In this document: positions 63,810 through 64,000 of the stretch, piece by piece
Layout: every line of letters begins with the position of its first letter
Numbering within the stretch: the first letter of the stretch is position 1
Origin: Podarcis vaucheri
Lineage: Eukaryota
Reading direction: 5' to 3' (one strand)
Assembly: GCA_965113315.1 (NCBI GenBank)
Contig: OZ220365.1
Length of the DNA stretch: 64,000 bases
Made by a program: the position numbers and the translations under genes
Notes under the pieces: model-generated
Told to the model about the DNA's origin: nothing
Database searches by the model: none
What the model saw: only the letters and a program-made list of their open reading frames with translations

Positions 63810-63971
63810 GACTTGCTGTATTAAAACATGTACTGACACCACGGGCGAAGGCTACTCATGTTGCAATTGATTCGATGAGAACCTACTTAGATGCAGTTTA
63901 TGACATTACGGTAGCATATGAAGGTACTGTGGACCAGAAAGGACAAAGGAAAGTGGCTCCATCCATGACAG
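63810..63971 (+). CDS. AGPAT5: AGPAT5 coding exon 6 (gene continues beyond window)
   Basis: Acceptor tttttctcttgcttAG and donor ACAG|GTGAGT; 162 bp. Encodes (G)LAVLKHVLTPRAKATHVAIDSMRTYLDAVYDITVAYEGTVDQKGQRKVAPSMT; phases agree with exon 5. Confidence 0.96.
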
Positions 63972-64000
63972 GTGAGTTGGTGATGTTGAATTAATTTAAG

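Noticed and set aside
1-64000. CRISPR arrays, operons or other prokaryotic systems; autonomous transposase or complete reverse transcriptase genes
   Set aside because: The sequence is intron-rich vertebrate DNA. Its repeats are dispersed transposons or microsatellites, and all LINEs are truncated fragments.

Overview
Vertebrate genomic DNA from a squamate, most likely a lacertid lizard (inferred from Sauria SINEs and squamate-type L2, CR1 and L1 fragments). The window holds the conserved MCPH1-AGPAT5 junction, with both genes on the + strand. Bases 1-16307 are the 3' part of the large MCPH1 intron, which hosts ANGPT2 in other amniotes; no ANGPT2 exon was found here. MCPH1's last two exons (C-terminal BRCT domain) lie at 16308-16545 and 18061-18119. 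After about 22 kb of intergenic DNA come a CpG-island promoter and AGPAT5 coding exons 1-6 (41011-63971); the gene continues past the window. The rest is dense in transposons: 8 Sauria SINEs, a tRNA-Ile SINE, LINE fragments, a solo LTR, TA-flanked Tc1/mariner-type MITEs and hAT MITEs with 8-bp target-site duplications (TSDs). I found no new protein-coding system that I can support. The most unusual structures are: (1) a three-junction templated insertion that copied two neighbouring genomic segments into a hairpin inside a DNA transposon; (2) a young hAT MITE carrying telomeric TTAGGG repeats; (3) a candidate AGPAT5 5'UTR intron enclosing a uORF; (4) an old tandem duplication with an ungapped conserved core; (5) a 41-bp-stem hairpin inside (TA)n; (6) nested transposons that order element activity. 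TE family names come from recognition by eye, not database searches.
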